63,760 nucleotides of DNA from Candidatus Woesearchaeota archaeon (GCA_016926395.1 JAFGOT010000006.1:1-63760); one strand, 5' to 3'. Positions 28,045 through 38,164 are shown, counted from the first letter of the stretch. The notes: a model not told the origin generated them from the sequence alone. A program made the numbers and translations.

Positions 28045-29838
28045 ATGAAGAAATTATATTCCTTATTCCTATTGGTTGTTTTTAGCTTAATTCTGCTAAA
28101 CTTGGCGTCTGCAGTGACTGTTGATAAAAAACATGAAATTACTTTATTGTCTGTTACAGAATATTCAAATGGCTCGATGGTTGGAGATTTAGCATATCTT
28201 GATCTCCAAATAAGGCCTGGAAGTGGTTCTGTTTTCTTAGACTCTTTTCCAGCAACAAGAATTGATACGCAGGTAAGTGCTAGAATGGCAAATGAAATTG
28301 CCTGTGAAAAAAGCCATTATGGTTGTTCTTTGTATGATTTCTTTTATACTATACGGGCAGAGGCATCTACTATTGGGGGGCCTAGTGCGGGAGCTGCAAT
28401 AACTATTTTGACTCTGAGTGCATTAGAAGATGCTCCTTTAAAGGATAAATTGGCTGTAACTGGTGCTATTAGTTCTGGTGGAATAATAATGCCTGTGGAT
28501 GGAATAAAAGAAAAAGTTGATGCTGCAGATAGAAATGGTTATGATTTAGTTATTATACCAAAACTGGCGATTTCTCCAGAAATTAATGACACTAACTCCA
28601 CTAATAAAACAACTGATTTTTTCAAGCCTTTAGTAAATTCTGACTTTAAAGATAATAAGATAAATATTTTCGAGGCAATAACTTTAGAAGAAGCATTTCA
28701 AATGGCAACAAAGGACAAATATGTTTTTGATTCGGTTCCAAAATTAAAAATTCCAGATGAATATTTTTCTAGAATGAAATTAACTGCAGATAAATTATGT
28801 GCAAGATCTGATGAATTAAAGTCTTTGACTGATGATTTTAACGATTCCGAATTAGAACGGGCGAATGAATTTTTGGATTACTCGGTTGTTGCAAAAGATA
28901 AAAATCAACATTACTCAAGAGCATCTTATTGTTATTCAGCAAACGTTGAACTGAGATCAAAATTACTTAGTAAATATAAACAAGCTATTCTTCTGGATAA
29001 TCTAGAAAACTTAAATGACTCAATAGTGAAATTTGAAGAAGATGTTGATGCTATCAACTTAGAAACTTTTTCAGACCTTGAAACTTACTCGATTGTTAAA
29101 GAAAGATTATTAGAATCAAAACGTTATTTAGACACATTGAATTCATCAAACATTAGTTCTTTGGAATTAGCTTCCTCTATTGAAAGATACTATAGTGCTG
29201 TTGCTTGGAGTGCCTTTTTTGGGATGGAAGGAGATGTCTTGGATTTGAATGAAAATGCTGTAAAAAAAGCTTGTAGTGAAGAACTTCAAAGTGTTCATAC
29301 AAGAAATAATTACTTACAAACATTTATGCCAAATTATTTACTTCAAGATTTATTCTTGGAAATAAGTGAAGTAAATGATTATATTCGTGATGAGGAGTAC
29401 GAATTATGTCTATTCAAAGCTTCAAAAGCAAAATCATATGCAGATTACTTAATAACTGGAGCAACACTAAATAACGACACGATTATAGAATTGACTCATC
29501 AAAAACAAAACGTTGCAAAAAACTTAATTGCAAATCAACAAACAAGAAATTTATTTCCAATACTGGGGTATAGTTATTATGAATACTCTCAAGCATTAGA
29601 AGATGATTCTTATTATTCGGCTTTAATGTTCGCAGAAAACTCGATTGCTCTTAGTGATTTATCAAAATATTTTGAAACAACGCAAACACAAACTACTACT
29701 TCCATTTCAAATTTTGGTTCTAGAGAAAAATGGTTCTTTGTTCTAGGTTTGTTTGTGGGTTTAATTCTTGGTTTTGTTTTATTTGGAAGAAATTCTAAAA
29801 AAACTCATAAAAAACACATCAAGACCACTAAGCATTAA
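28045..29838 (+). CDS. extracytoplasmic Lon-protease-domain (S16) serine peptidase with C-terminal TM anchor (COG1750-like)
   Basis: The ATG at 28045 gives the signal peptide MKKLYSLFLLVVFSLILLNLASA. Catalytic Ser context GGPSAGAAITILTLSAL and Lys context GGIIMPVDGIKEKV. No AAA+ module. A ~400-aa helical region is followed by a TM helix (WFFVLGLFVGLILGFVLFG) and a basic tail. Confidence 0.75.
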   Translation: MKKLYSLFLLVVFSLILLNLASAVTVDKKHEITLLSVTEYSNGSMVGDLAYLDLQIRPGSGSVFLDSFPATRIDTQVSARMANEIACEKSHYGCSLYDFFYTIRAEASTIGGPSAGAAITILTLSALEDAPLKDKLAVTGAISSGGIIMPVDGIKEKVDAADRNGYDLVIIPKLAISPEINDTNSTNKTTDFFKPLVNSDFKDNKINIFEAITLEEAFQMATKDKYVFDSVPKLKIPDEYFSRMKLTADKLCARSDELKSLTDDFNDSELERANEFLDYSVVAKDKNQHYSRASYCYSANVELRSKLLSKYKQAILLDNLENLNDSIVKFEEDVDAINLETFSDLETYSIVKERLLESKRYLDTLNSSNISSLELASSIERYYSAVAWSAFFGMEGDVLDLNENAVKKACSEELQSVHTRNNYLQTFMPNYLLQDLFLEISEVNDYIRDEEYELCLFKASKAKSYADYLITGATLNNDTIIELTHQKQNVAKNLIANQQTRNLFPILGYSYYEYSQALEDDSYYSALMFAENSIALSDLSKYFETTQTQTTTSISNFGSREKWFFVLGLFVGLILGFVLFGRNSKKTHKKHIKTTKH

Positions 29839-30114
29839 TTTACTTCTTAGAAAAATAACCCTGAGAAGACCACACAAGTGCGGTCCTCCCGGGAAAAAGA
29901 GGTGAGTTGATCGTGATAAATGATAAGGATATTTCTAGAACAAATTTATTGTTTAGAAATTATCTTTTCAACGATTATGTTTCCCCCTAATTATTGAAAA
30001 TGTTAATGACATATATAAATATTTCCGTTTGTATTCATTGCACAATGGTAACTATATTCTAGAACACCTAGATTGGACAGATATTTTATAAAGAAAAAAC
30101 AGTTCTTAAACAAT

Positions 30115-30636
30115 ATGTCGCAGGATTATTATTCGGATTTTACAGGTCAAAAATACTCGAAAACAGACTTTATAGGCCTTCTAACCAAGAGAATCAAGAA
30201 AGACTTGCGTATTAATAACCCTCTTGATATGGAATTAAACTATTGTTTGCACGAAAATGGTGTAAAAACCCAAATAATATCTGAGTTATTAGGTAATATT
30301 TTTGAAAAAAGGCTAAACTTGATAATAATTCCAAAAAATGAAGATCTAATCAAGGATTCCATTTTACTTGATGACTCCTTTTTAGAAGAATATGTTGCAA
30401 AAAAAACAACTGTGTTCTTTAAAGGAGAAGAGATTAATAAATTAAAGGATGATGGTGTTCCTGTTTTTAGAACAATAACTTTTGAAGAATTAAAACAATT
30501 AAAAAACATATTCTCAATTGATGGTGATCTAGACAATAATTCTTTAGAATTTGTAGAAAAGTTGAATGAAGAATATTCCCAAACAAAATCTAGTTTCTTA
30601 AAAAGTTTTAATTATATTAGTAAGTTATTAAATTAG
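30115..30636 (+). CDS. hypothetical protein
   Basis: ORF with an ATG at 30115; the track starts at TTG 30073. No recognisable motifs. Its 3' end overlaps the convergent cysC stop by 4 nt. Confidence 0.4.
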   Translation: MSQDYYSDFTGQKYSKTDFIGLLTKRIKKDLRINNPLDMELNYCLHENGVKTQIISELLGNIFEKRLNLIIIPKNEDLIKDSILLDDSFLEEYVAKKTTVFFKGEEINKLKDDGVPVFRTITFEELKQLKNIFSIDGDLDNNSLEFVEKLNEEYSQTKSSFLKSFNYISKLLN

Positions 30637-31202
30637 AAAATAACTTTTTTACCTATAAGATACTTAATGACTCTATCAACTGATTGTGTGATGTTCTCTT
30701 CATCGCTTTTGATTATTAAATCAGGATTTTTTGGCTCCTCATAAGGCGAACTTATTCCTGTAAATTCCTTTATTATTCCTTGTCGTGCTTTCATATATAT
30801 GTCTGATTTTCTTTTTTCGCAAATTAATAAAGGACAATTAACATAAACTTCTGCAAACTGACCATTCATGTATTCTTGAACTAACTGTCTGTCGCGTTCA
30901 TAAGGAGAAATAAATGACGCTAATGTAATTACATTGGTATCGACAAGAATTTTACTCACTTCTTTTACGCGTCGAATATTTTCTTCTCTGTCTTTTTTTG
31001 TGAATCCCAGGTCTTTATTTAGGCTTTGACGTAGAACATCTCCATCCAACCTACAAGTTATAAAATTGTGATTTTTCAGTACTTTCTCCAAATTATTTGC
31101 TATTGTTGTTTTACCCGAGCCGGAGAGCCCTGTAAACCAAACTAGAAAACCCTTTTGCTCAATTGGTGCTTGTCCTATTAATTTATATTGATTATTAAAC
31201 AC
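30633..31202 (-). CDS. cysC: adenylylsulfate (APS) kinase
   Basis: 189 aa. P-loop FTGLSGSGKTT, LDGDVLR..LNKDLGF...DR.ENIRR, and FISPY motifs. Confidence 0.9.
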   Translation of the reverse strand: MFNNQYKLIGQAPIEQKGFLVWFTGLSGSGKTTIANNLEKVLKNHNFITCRLDGDVLRQSLNKDLGFTKKDREENIRRVKEVSKILVDTNVITLASFISPYERDRQLVQEYMNGQFAEVYVNCPLLICEKRKSDIYMKARQGIIKEFTGISSPYEEPKNPDLIIKSDEENITQSVDRVIKYLIGKKVIF

Positions 31203-31298
31203 TTTTAGCGTATTATTTCTCTTGTTAATAAATTCTACGTAAATTCTACGAATATTCTTTAATTGGTTTTTTATATTTTATTTTTGATATTTTAAAAG

Positions 31299-32240
31299 AT
31301 GAAAACAATTTACCTTTTGCTATTGATTGTTTATTTTGGAGGATTATTGTTTCTTTATGTCAATTTACCTGAAAAAGAAATTCAAGAAGAAGGAAGTTTT
31401 AATTTTTATTCATGTTATGAGTATGATTGTGCGCAAATATTTCTAGATTTAAATAATCTTTCCAGTAACAAAAAATGTGCTTTTTATGATTTGGATGAAC
31501 CAAGAATGTTAACTTATTTTAAAGAAGATGATGCTAATTTATTGTTATACAAAGACAATAATGATTATAATCTTGGAACTTCTGTGAAAATAAATGGGCT
31601 TATGCATCACAAATTTTGTGTATTTGATGATTACTTAACATTAACAGGAAGTTGGAATCCAACCCTTCGAGGAACTGAGTTAAACGATAACTATGTGGCG
31701 TTAATAAATTCTAAAATAGTTGCTAGAAAATTCTTAGATGAATATATTAGATTAGATAATAAGGTGGAACAAGGAACAAAGAGTTTGAAGATGAAACTAT
31801 CTAATATGAGTGTAACTTTATGTTTCTCTCCAAGGAATAATTGTGGGGACTTAATTGTGGACGAAATTAATAAAGCAAATACTTCCGTTAAAATGTTGGC
31901 GTTCTCATTTACAGATAAAAGCATTGCGGATGCTTTGATTGATGCACAAAAGAAAGGGGTAAACGTAAATGTAATGTTTGAGAAAACAAGAATATCTAAA
32001 TATAGTATGTTTTATTATTTAAATAATTCAAATGTCAGTGTTTGTTTAGATAATAATCCTTATACAATGCATGAAAAATTAATATTGATAGATAATACTT
32101 CTTTGATAGTTGGATCGTATAATCCTTCCACATCGGCGGAAGATAATAATGATGAAAATCTGGTGATTATTAATGGTATTTCCAAAGATATATTTGATAA
32201 AGTTGACAAAGAAATACTTAGACTCTGGCAAGTTGCTTAA
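31299..32240 (+). CDS. membrane-anchored phospholipase D-family protein (two HKD motifs; nuclease or phosphodiesterase)
   Basis: 313 aa. N-terminal TM helix or signal anchor. HKD motifs MHHKFCVFDDYLTLTGSWNPT and MHEKLILIDNTSLIVGSYNPS. Confidence 0.85.
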   Translation: MKTIYLLLLIVYFGGLLFLYVNLPEKEIQEEGSFNFYSCYEYDCAQIFLDLNNLSSNKKCAFYDLDEPRMLTYFKEDDANLLLYKDNNDYNLGTSVKINGLMHHKFCVFDDYLTLTGSWNPTLRGTELNDNYVALINSKIVARKFLDEYIRLDNKVEQGTKSLKMKLSNMSVTLCFSPRNNCGDLIVDEINKANTSVKMLAFSFTDKSIADALIDAQKKGVNVNVMFEKTRISKYSMFYYLNNSNVSVCLDNNPYTMHEKLILIDNTSLIVGSYNPSTSAEDNNDENLVIINGISKDIFDKVDKEILRLWQVA

Positions 32241-32374
32241 AAAGCTTGCAAGGCTTGAATTAACCTTTTAGAACGGGTCCTTTATAAGAAACATCGTTTT
32301 TACCATAGTAATCTTTAAATACTAAGCTTGTGTCTTTCCATTATAGAAAATTACCAATGCGAGGATGAAAACAC

Positions 32375-32824
32375 ATGGCATTATTGAACTTTAATTTCAA
32401 CAAAATATTAGTTGAAAAAACAGGAAAACAAACAAAACAAATTAACATTAAATCAGGAATGAATGTAGTAGATGTGACTCCTTCCAAAGTAGTAGAAGGA
32501 TCAAAGCAACAAGCGTTTATAATTTCCTTTAAATTTGAAACTCTTTACGAGCCAAAAATGGCACAAATCATTTTAGAAGGAGACCTTCTTTATTTAGCTG
32601 ATGAGGCATTAGCAAAAGAAATGAATGAAGCATGGGACAAGAAAAAATCTTTACCAAAAGAAGTAGCTCTTGTTGTATTTAATAAAATTCTTCACAACTG
32701 TAATGTTGAAGCATTAATATTAAGTCGAGAAGTAGGACTTCCAGCTCCAATTCAATTACCAAAAATAAAAGCTGAAGTAAAAACTACTGCTTCCTCAAAA
32801 GCAACAAAAAACGTACCTAAGTAA
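32375..32824 (+). CDS. hypothetical protein
   Basis: 149-aa ORF upstream of cdc48. No confident family assignment. Confidence 0.45.
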   Translation: MALLNFNFNKILVEKTGKQTKQINIKSGMNVVDVTPSKVVEGSKQQAFIISFKFETLYEPKMAQIILEGDLLYLADEALAKEMNEAWDKKKSLPKEVALVVFNKILHNCNVEALILSREVGLPAPIQLPKIKAEVKTTASSKATKNVPK

Positions 32825-32920
32825 TTAAGTGTTATTACACATTTAATAAAACAAAAAGGTAACTTTTGAGTGCATTTTATTTTTTTATTTTTCAAATGCT
32901 TATTTTCGGTGAAACCTACC

Positions 32921-35143
32921 ATGACAGTCCAATTAAAAGTTATTGAAGCAATGCAAGATGATGTTAACAAAGGCATCGTGAGACTGGACAGTTCATTTAT
33001 GAGAACTTTGAATGTTAATCCAGGAGATTACATAACGATTGAAGGCGACAGAACAACTGTCGCAATGGTTGAGAGAAGTCTGCCAGGTGATATTGGCTTA
33101 AACATAATTCGAATGGATGGTCTGGTACGACGAAATGCAAAAACAAACATTGGCTCATTAGTGACTGTTGCAAAAGCAGAAGTACAAGAAGCATCAAAAA
33201 TAACAATCGCTCCTGCAAGAGAAGGAGTAAAAATAAAAATAGATAATCCTGGAACTCTTAACAAATTCTTATACAAAAGACCAATGGCAAAAGGGGATTT
33301 AATTTCTCTTGGAAGCCACTTAGCACAATTCGTATTTGGAGATTTAGTATTTGTAGTAACAGATACGATGCCTGCAAAACAACCTGTATTTGTAGGTGAC
33401 TCAACTCAAGTTAATTATAAACCAGAATATGAAGAACTAAAAGACGAACCTCAAGTTCCTGAAGTGAGTTATGAAGATATTGGTGGGTTAAAAGAAGAGC
33501 TACGAAAAGTTCGAGAGATGGTTGAACTTCCATTAAGCCACCCAGAGTTATTTGACAGACTAGGAATTGAACCACCAAAAGGGGTGTTGTTACATGGTCC
33601 TCCTGGAACAGGAAAAACTTTGCTTGCAAAAGCAGTAGCAAACGAAACTAATAGTAATTTTTATGTGATTAACGGTCCTGAAATAATGAGTAAATTCTAT
33701 GGAGAAAGTGAAAGCAATCTAAGAAAAATATTCGAAGAAGCAGAAAAAAATTCTCCAAGTATAATTTTTATAGATGAGATTGACGCAATTGCTCCTAAAC
33801 GAGAAGAAAGTAAAGGTGAAGTGGAACGACGAGTTGTAGCACAACTTCTAACTATAATGGATGGTCTAAATACCCGAGGAAAAGTAGTTGTTATGGCTGC
33901 AACTAACATTCCAAACTCAATAGATCCTGCATTAAGACGTCCAGGAAGATTTGACAGAGAATTAGAACTTGGTGCTCCTGATGTTAATGGTCGACTAAAC
34001 GTATTAAAAATTCACACTAGGAATATGCCTTTACACGAGAGTGTTAATCTAGAAAAATTGGCTGCAATGACGCATGGTTTTGTGGGTGCAGATTTAGCTG
34101 CACTAGCAAAAGAAGCAGCGATGAATGTATTAAGAAAATTATTGCCTGATTTAAAATTAAATGATAAAGAAGAAACGATTCCTGAAGAAGTATTAGAACG
34201 AGTTGTTTTAGCACAAGATGATTTCTCAGAAGCACTGAAAGTTGTAAGGCCAAGTGCGATGAGGGAAGTGATGGTTGAAACGCCAAACGTTTCTTGGGAT
34301 GATGTTGGTGGTCTTCAAGATATAAAACAAGAATTGATTGAAGCAGTAGAATGGCCTTTAAAGAAAAAAGAAGTTTTCAAACGACTTGGAATAAGACCTC
34401 CGAGAGGAGTTTTAATATATGGCCCTCCTGGAACGGGAAAAACAATGCTAGCAAAAGCAGTAGCTAAAGAAAGTGAAGCAAATTTTATTTCTATAAAAGG
34501 TCCTGAATTATTATCTAAATGGGTTAATGAAACTCCAAAGCTAGTGCGAGAAATATTTGCAAAAGCACGACAAGTAAGCCCTTCAATAATTTTTATAGAT
34601 GAAATTGATGCAGTAACTTCTTCAAGAATGGGAAATAGTTCGGAGAACAAAACTTCTTCAAGAGAAGGAATGAACGCTGTTAACCAGTTATTAACAGAAA
34701 TGGATGGTTTGCAAGAATTAAATGATGTTGTTGTAATTGGAGCGACAAACAGACCTGATGTTATGGATCCTGCGTTACTCCGGCCTGGAAGATTTGATAG
34801 AATAATACTTGCAAGTGTTCCTGATGAAGCAAGTAGAGAAGCAATATTTAAGGTTCATCTAAAAGGCATGAAACATGATGCAAGCATACCTGAATTAGTA
34901 TCTTTAACAGAAGGTTATGTGGGTGCTGATATTGAAGCTGTTTGTCGTGAGGCTGCAATGTTTGAGCTTAGAAAAAATATTGAAGCAACAAAAGTAACAA
35001 AAAAATCATTTGAAATGGCTCTTGAAAAAGTCAGACCTTCAGCATCTAAAGAAATTCAAGACGCTTATAGAGAATTGCAAGACAAATTTTCAAGTGCTCA
35101 AGGAAAGAAGTTTGCTGATGAAAAGCCATCTTATTATGGATGA
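32921..35143 (+). CDS. cdc48: Cdc48/VCP-like AAA+ ATPase (two AAA domains)
   Basis: Start taken at ATG 32921 ([23 protein letters not shown], a typical Cdc48 N-domain start); the track's upstream start adds a hydrophobic artefact. Two Walker A motifs (GPPGTGKT twice), Walker B motifs IIFIDEIDA twice, and second-region-of-homology motifs. Confidence 0.95.
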   Translation: MTVQLKVIEAMQDDVNKGIVRLDSSFMRTLNVNPGDYITIEGDRTTVAMVERSLPGDIGLNIIRMDGLVRRNAKTNIGSLVTVAKAEVQEASKITIAPAREGVKIKIDNPGTLNKFLYKRPMAKGDLISLGSHLAQFVFGDLVFVVTDTMPAKQPVFVGDSTQVNYKPEYEELKDEPQVPEVSYEDIGGLKEELRKVREMVELPLSHPELFDRLGIEPPKGVLLHGPPGTGKTLLAKAVANETNSNFYVINGPEIMSKFYGESESNLRKIFEEAEKNSPSIIFIDEIDAIAPKREESKGEVERRVVAQLLTIMDGLNTRGKVVVMAATNIPNSIDPALRRPGRFDRELELGAPDVNGRLNVLKIHTRNMPLHESVNLEKLAAMTHGFVGADLAALAKEAAMNVLRKLLPDLKLNDKEETIPEEVLERVVLAQDDFSEALKVVRPSAMREVMVETPNVSWDDVGGLQDIKQELIEAVEWPLKKKEVFKRLGIRPPRGVLIYGPPGTGKTMLAKAVAKESEANFISIKGPELLSKWVNETPKLVREIFAKARQVSPSIIFIDEIDAVTSSRMGNSSENKTSSREGMNAVNQLLTEMDGLQELNDVVVIGATNRPDVMDPALLRPGRFDRIILASVPDEASREAIFKVHLKGMKHDASIPELVSLTEGYVGADIEAVCREAAMFELRKNIEATKVTKKSFEMALEKVRPSASKEIQDAYRELQDKFSSAQGKKFADEKPSYYG

Positions 35144-35158
35144 TTTTTTTTATTTTTC

Positions 35159-35782
35159 TTATCCGATTAAGGGAATATGAACTCCAAGAGTTCTAAGTAA
35201 GAAATCATATACTGCAAGGATTATAATAAACAAAGTTGCAATTAAAATCATTCTGTATTTGTGTTTATGTCTTTTATGGTGTTCTCTTTCTTTTTTGTGT
35301 TCGTATGAGATGTCCATAAGCTCATCACCAAAGACTAGTGATAAGAATGTTCCTCCAGCAGATAAGATAATAATAATCCAAAAAGGCCAAGGATGCGATA
35401 TTATGTGCTGAAACAATGAAAGTAATCCTGTCCGTTCGTAAATGGTTGGGTTTGCGAAATGCACGATAAGATTAGAGCCGATGGCGATGGTCCAAACAAT
35501 TATTTCGGAATAGACCATTCTAATTCCTGTTAAGACTCTAATTGGAAGATCCAATATGAATCCCGCATCAGCGACTGGAGTGCATAGAACAAAGAAAGTC
35601 CATGTCATCAATCCCACTAATAAACCATCTGATGCTCCAAATTTAAACATTGAGAATATTGAGTATATTACAAATATCAAAAAAACAGCTATAAATTTAA
35701 CGAGTGGATTTTTATGAAGTTGAGTTTTTATATCTCTAATAACTTTATGGATGTTCTTTAAATTGTGATGCATGTGTTCCAA
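35159..35782 (-). CDS. polytopic membrane protein with His-rich loop, hypothetical
   Basis: 207-aa ORF. About 5-6 TM helices and a HKKEREHHKRHKHK loop. Confidence 0.5.
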   Translation of the reverse strand: MEHMHHNLKNIHKVIRDIKTQLHKNPLVKFIAVFLIFVIYSIFSMFKFGASDGLLVGLMTWTFFVLCTPVADAGFILDLPIRVLTGIRMVYSEIIVWTIAIGSNLIVHFANPTIYERTGLLSLFQHIISHPWPFWIIIILSAGGTFLSLVFGDELMDISYEHKKEREHHKRHKHKYRMILIATLFIIILAVYDFLLRTLGVHIPLIG

Positions 35783-35858
35783 TAACTATTTTATTGTTTA
35801 AATACTTAACCGATTTAATTAACTCTTTTTTATTGTTTATTCTGAGCAAAGTTTTTAA

Positions 35859-36575
35859 ATGAAAACAACCAAATTAACTAAAATGAAGAGGTTGTTTTTG
35901 TTTCTAGTTTTGTTTTTAATTATTATTAGCTCTCAAGCTATTGCAGCAACATATGCTGATATAGAAATAAAAGCCAATTCAGATGGAAGCTTATCGATTG
36001 ATGGTTTAACAAATTATGAGCCTTTTATTTCATTTGATGATGGTGACTTTCTAATTCGTGATGGTAAATATTGGGTTTTAAATATTACTACAGATGAAGT
36101 TTTTACTGACGCAATTTACAAAGTAACTTTGCCAGAAGATGTGGTTGTTAATTATTTGCGAGTTCCTAATCTATTAACGATTGATAATAAAGATGGTCGA
36201 ATGACTATTCTTGGAACTGCACATAATCAGAAAATGAATATAATCATTCAATATACTGCTGAGGAAAAAGGAAGCTCTTGGTGGATTTTTTTAGTTCTTA
36301 TAGCAATAGGATCTGCTCTTTTAACTTGGGGATATATGATGAAAAGTCCAAGCCAGAAATCATTTACTTACAAAGGCTTAACACCGCGGCAAAAACAAAT
36401 TTTTGAGTTAGTTGCTAAAAGCACGAAAGGGATAACTCAAGCTGAAATTGAAACAATAACTAAATTACCAAAATCATCGCTCTCGCGAAATATTGATACT
36501 TTGGTAAAAAAAGAATTAATTCACAAAGAACAATCAGGAATGAGTAATAAGTTATTTTTGAAAGAAAAATCTTAG
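35859..36575 (+). CDS. membrane-anchored winged-helix (MarR-like) transcription regulator with extracytoplasmic N-terminal domain
   Basis: 238 aa. Signal peptide (LFLVLFLIIISSQAIAA), a ~115-aa outside domain, a single TM helix (WWIFLVLIAIGSALLTWGYMM), then a cytoplasmic wHTH: LTPRQKQIFELVAKSTKGITQAEIETITKLPKSSLSRNIDTLVKKELIHKE. Confidence 0.65.
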   Translation: MKTTKLTKMKRLFLFLVLFLIIISSQAIAATYADIEIKANSDGSLSIDGLTNYEPFISFDDGDFLIRDGKYWVLNITTDEVFTDAIYKVTLPEDVVVNYLRVPNLLTIDNKDGRMTILGTAHNQKMNIIIQYTAEEKGSSWWIFLVLIAIGSALLTWGYMMKSPSQKSFTYKGLTPRQKQIFELVAKSTKGITQAEIETITKLPKSSLSRNIDTLVKKELIHKEQSGMSNKLFLKEKS

Positions 36576-36624
36576 TTGTTGGCTTGTTGTGCTAAATGTT
36601 TAATTTCTGACGTTCACACGAGCC

Positions 36625-36676
36625 TTGTTCCGCATTGTTCCGCCTGTTTCCGGGAAATATTAAAGTGTTGTTCCAC
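36625..36676 (+). promoter_or_regulatory. array of TTGTTCCGC-type direct repeats (candidate operator)
   Basis: TTGTTCCGC at 36625-36633 and 36635-36643, and CTGTTTCCGG at 36644-36653, give a 10-bp period. TTGTTCCAC follows at 36668-36676. The array lies between the wHTH gene stop and the next gene's start at 36728. Confidence 0.35.
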
Positions 36677-36727
36677 CTATACTATTAGTATAAGACCCAA
36701 AAAAGGGTGTCTTAAGAGGTAATTAAT

Positions 36728-37753
36728 ATGAAAAAAATATTTGCGATGTTTGCGTTGCTTATGTTGCTAGTCACTCTAGTTCCAATGGCATTAGCAGACA
36801 ATAATACAACTGTTGATACAAATACAACTATTAACACAGATGATGTTAATGACACTGTTTCTGTAAACATAACTGAAGAAGATGAAGCAGAAGTTGAAAT
36901 AATGACTACGCCTTATGGTGCAGAAGTTAGACTTGAACAACTGAAGCTTTCAATCGAACGAAATGTTGAACGGGGAACTGTTGTTATTGAAGAAGGAAAC
37001 TTCACAGAAGAAACTCAAATATTACTAAGTAGTATTTTAGATGATTTATCTTCTTTAATTGATGATGTTGATTCTCTAGATTTAAACCAAGAACCTTCTG
37101 TTTTAGCTGAGGAATATGTGGCAATAAAAAAACAAGCTATTACTTTAAGTAATGACTTTAAAGTTGCTGTTCATAAAGAAGTTGCATCTGAAAGACTTAA
37201 TGAAGTTAAAATGCGAGTTCAAGAAAAATCTGAAAAAAGAATCCAAGAACTAAAAGAGCGAATGGAAGAAAAAAAGAAAGATTATGAACATAGAAAAGCA
37301 TTTGAAGCAGCAAAAAGATTAGGCATTGAAGTTAATGATGATGCTACTGTTGAAGAAATTGTTTCGGAGATAAAATCAAAAGTTAGTGAAATGACTCCTG
37401 AGCAAAAGGAAAAAGCAACTAGAGCATACGTTGAATTTAAAACAAAAGAAAGAGTAATGATGGAAGCTACAAAAGAAAAAGCTAAAGATCACTTCCAAGA
37501 ATCTTACGATGAACGAGAAGTAGAAATGCAAAAAAGAATTCAACAAAGAATAGATGATTCAACACTTTCTCCAAAAGAAAGAGAAATAATGCAAGAACGA
37601 ATGGAACAAGTAAGAGAAAACACTCGAGAGAGAGTTTTAGAGAACATTCAAGATAGAGCAGAAACAAGAAAAGAAGCATTAGAAAAAATGCGAGAACACG
37701 CATCTTCTGATGATCAAGAAGATGATAATGAAACTGAGGTGGATGAAGAATGA
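36728..37753 (+). CDS. secreted, highly charged coiled-coil protein, hypothetical
   Basis: 341 aa. Signal peptide (LLMLLVTLVPMALA), an N/T/D-rich segment, then a long E/K/R-rich helical region. Confidence 0.55.
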   Translation: MKKIFAMFALLMLLVTLVPMALADNNTTVDTNTTINTDDVNDTVSVNITEEDEAEVEIMTTPYGAEVRLEQLKLSIERNVERGTVVIEEGNFTEETQILLSSILDDLSSLIDDVDSLDLNQEPSVLAEEYVAIKKQAITLSNDFKVAVHKEVASERLNEVKMRVQEKSEKRIQELKERMEEKKKDYEHRKAFEAAKRLGIEVNDDATVEEIVSEIKSKVSEMTPEQKEKATRAYVEFKTKERVMMEATKEKAKDHFQESYDEREVEMQKRIQQRIDDSTLSPKEREIMQERMEQVRENTRERVLENIQDRAETRKEALEKMREHASSDDQEDDNETEVDEE

Positions 37754-37950
37754 AGAAACTGATTGCAATATTAATGTTAATTTCAGTTTTAGCAATAGCA
37801 CTGACAGCTTGTGCATCAGACAATAACGTGTACCAAAATGACGACACCGTCAACACTGAAGGTGCTTCTTTAGACACTTTGGTTACTAATGACGTGACAT
37901 CAAATGATGTTGGTAATGAAGATTTTGTCGAAATTGGAGATATGATTTAG
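37750..37950 (+). CDS. small acidic lipoprotein-like protein
   Basis: 66 aa. Overlaps the upstream stop (ATGA). Signal peptide with lipobox-like LTAC. Confidence 0.4.
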   Translation: MKKLIAILMLISVLAIALTACASDNNVYQNDDTVNTEGASLDTLVTNDVTSNDVGNEDFVEIGDMI

Positions 37951-38164
37951 GGTCTCCTTTATTTTTTTATTTTTATTTTTTCTTTCTTTGGGCTATACAT
38001 TTATAAATAAAAACCAATTTTACTGCTTTTATGACAACTGATAACCCTGTGAAGGCTAGAAGTTAAGCATCTTAATTCTTATTCTTAGATTGTACTATAC
38101 TCGATTAAATCGATTAAAATTTAAACTTTAATTGTTGAAAATAACCTAAAAGAGGATTATTAAA

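Noticed and set aside
29858-29905. GC-rich patch after the Lon-like gene (CCCTGAGAAGACCACACAAGTGCGGTCCTCCCGGG) that can form an imperfect hairpin
   Set aside because: It is short, with mismatched pairing and no flanking tRNA- or sRNA-like features or T-tract. I cannot distinguish it from chance or a simple transcript-end structure.
32375-32824. Possible SecB-like chaperone resemblance of the 149-aa protein upstream of cdc48 (C-terminal ..FNKILHNCNVEALILSREVGLPAPIQLPKI)
   Set aside because: The similarity rests only on my memory of a short SecB segment, and I see no supporting N-terminal motifs. It is too weak to call without HHpred.
33015-34650. Six antisense ORFs within cdc48, and similar antisense or off-frame ORFs within ppsA, gap, leuS, the FtsX permease, pgk, gatD/gatE and others
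   Set aside because: They are embedded in strongly supported genes on the opposite strand or in another frame. They have no start context or recognisable motifs.
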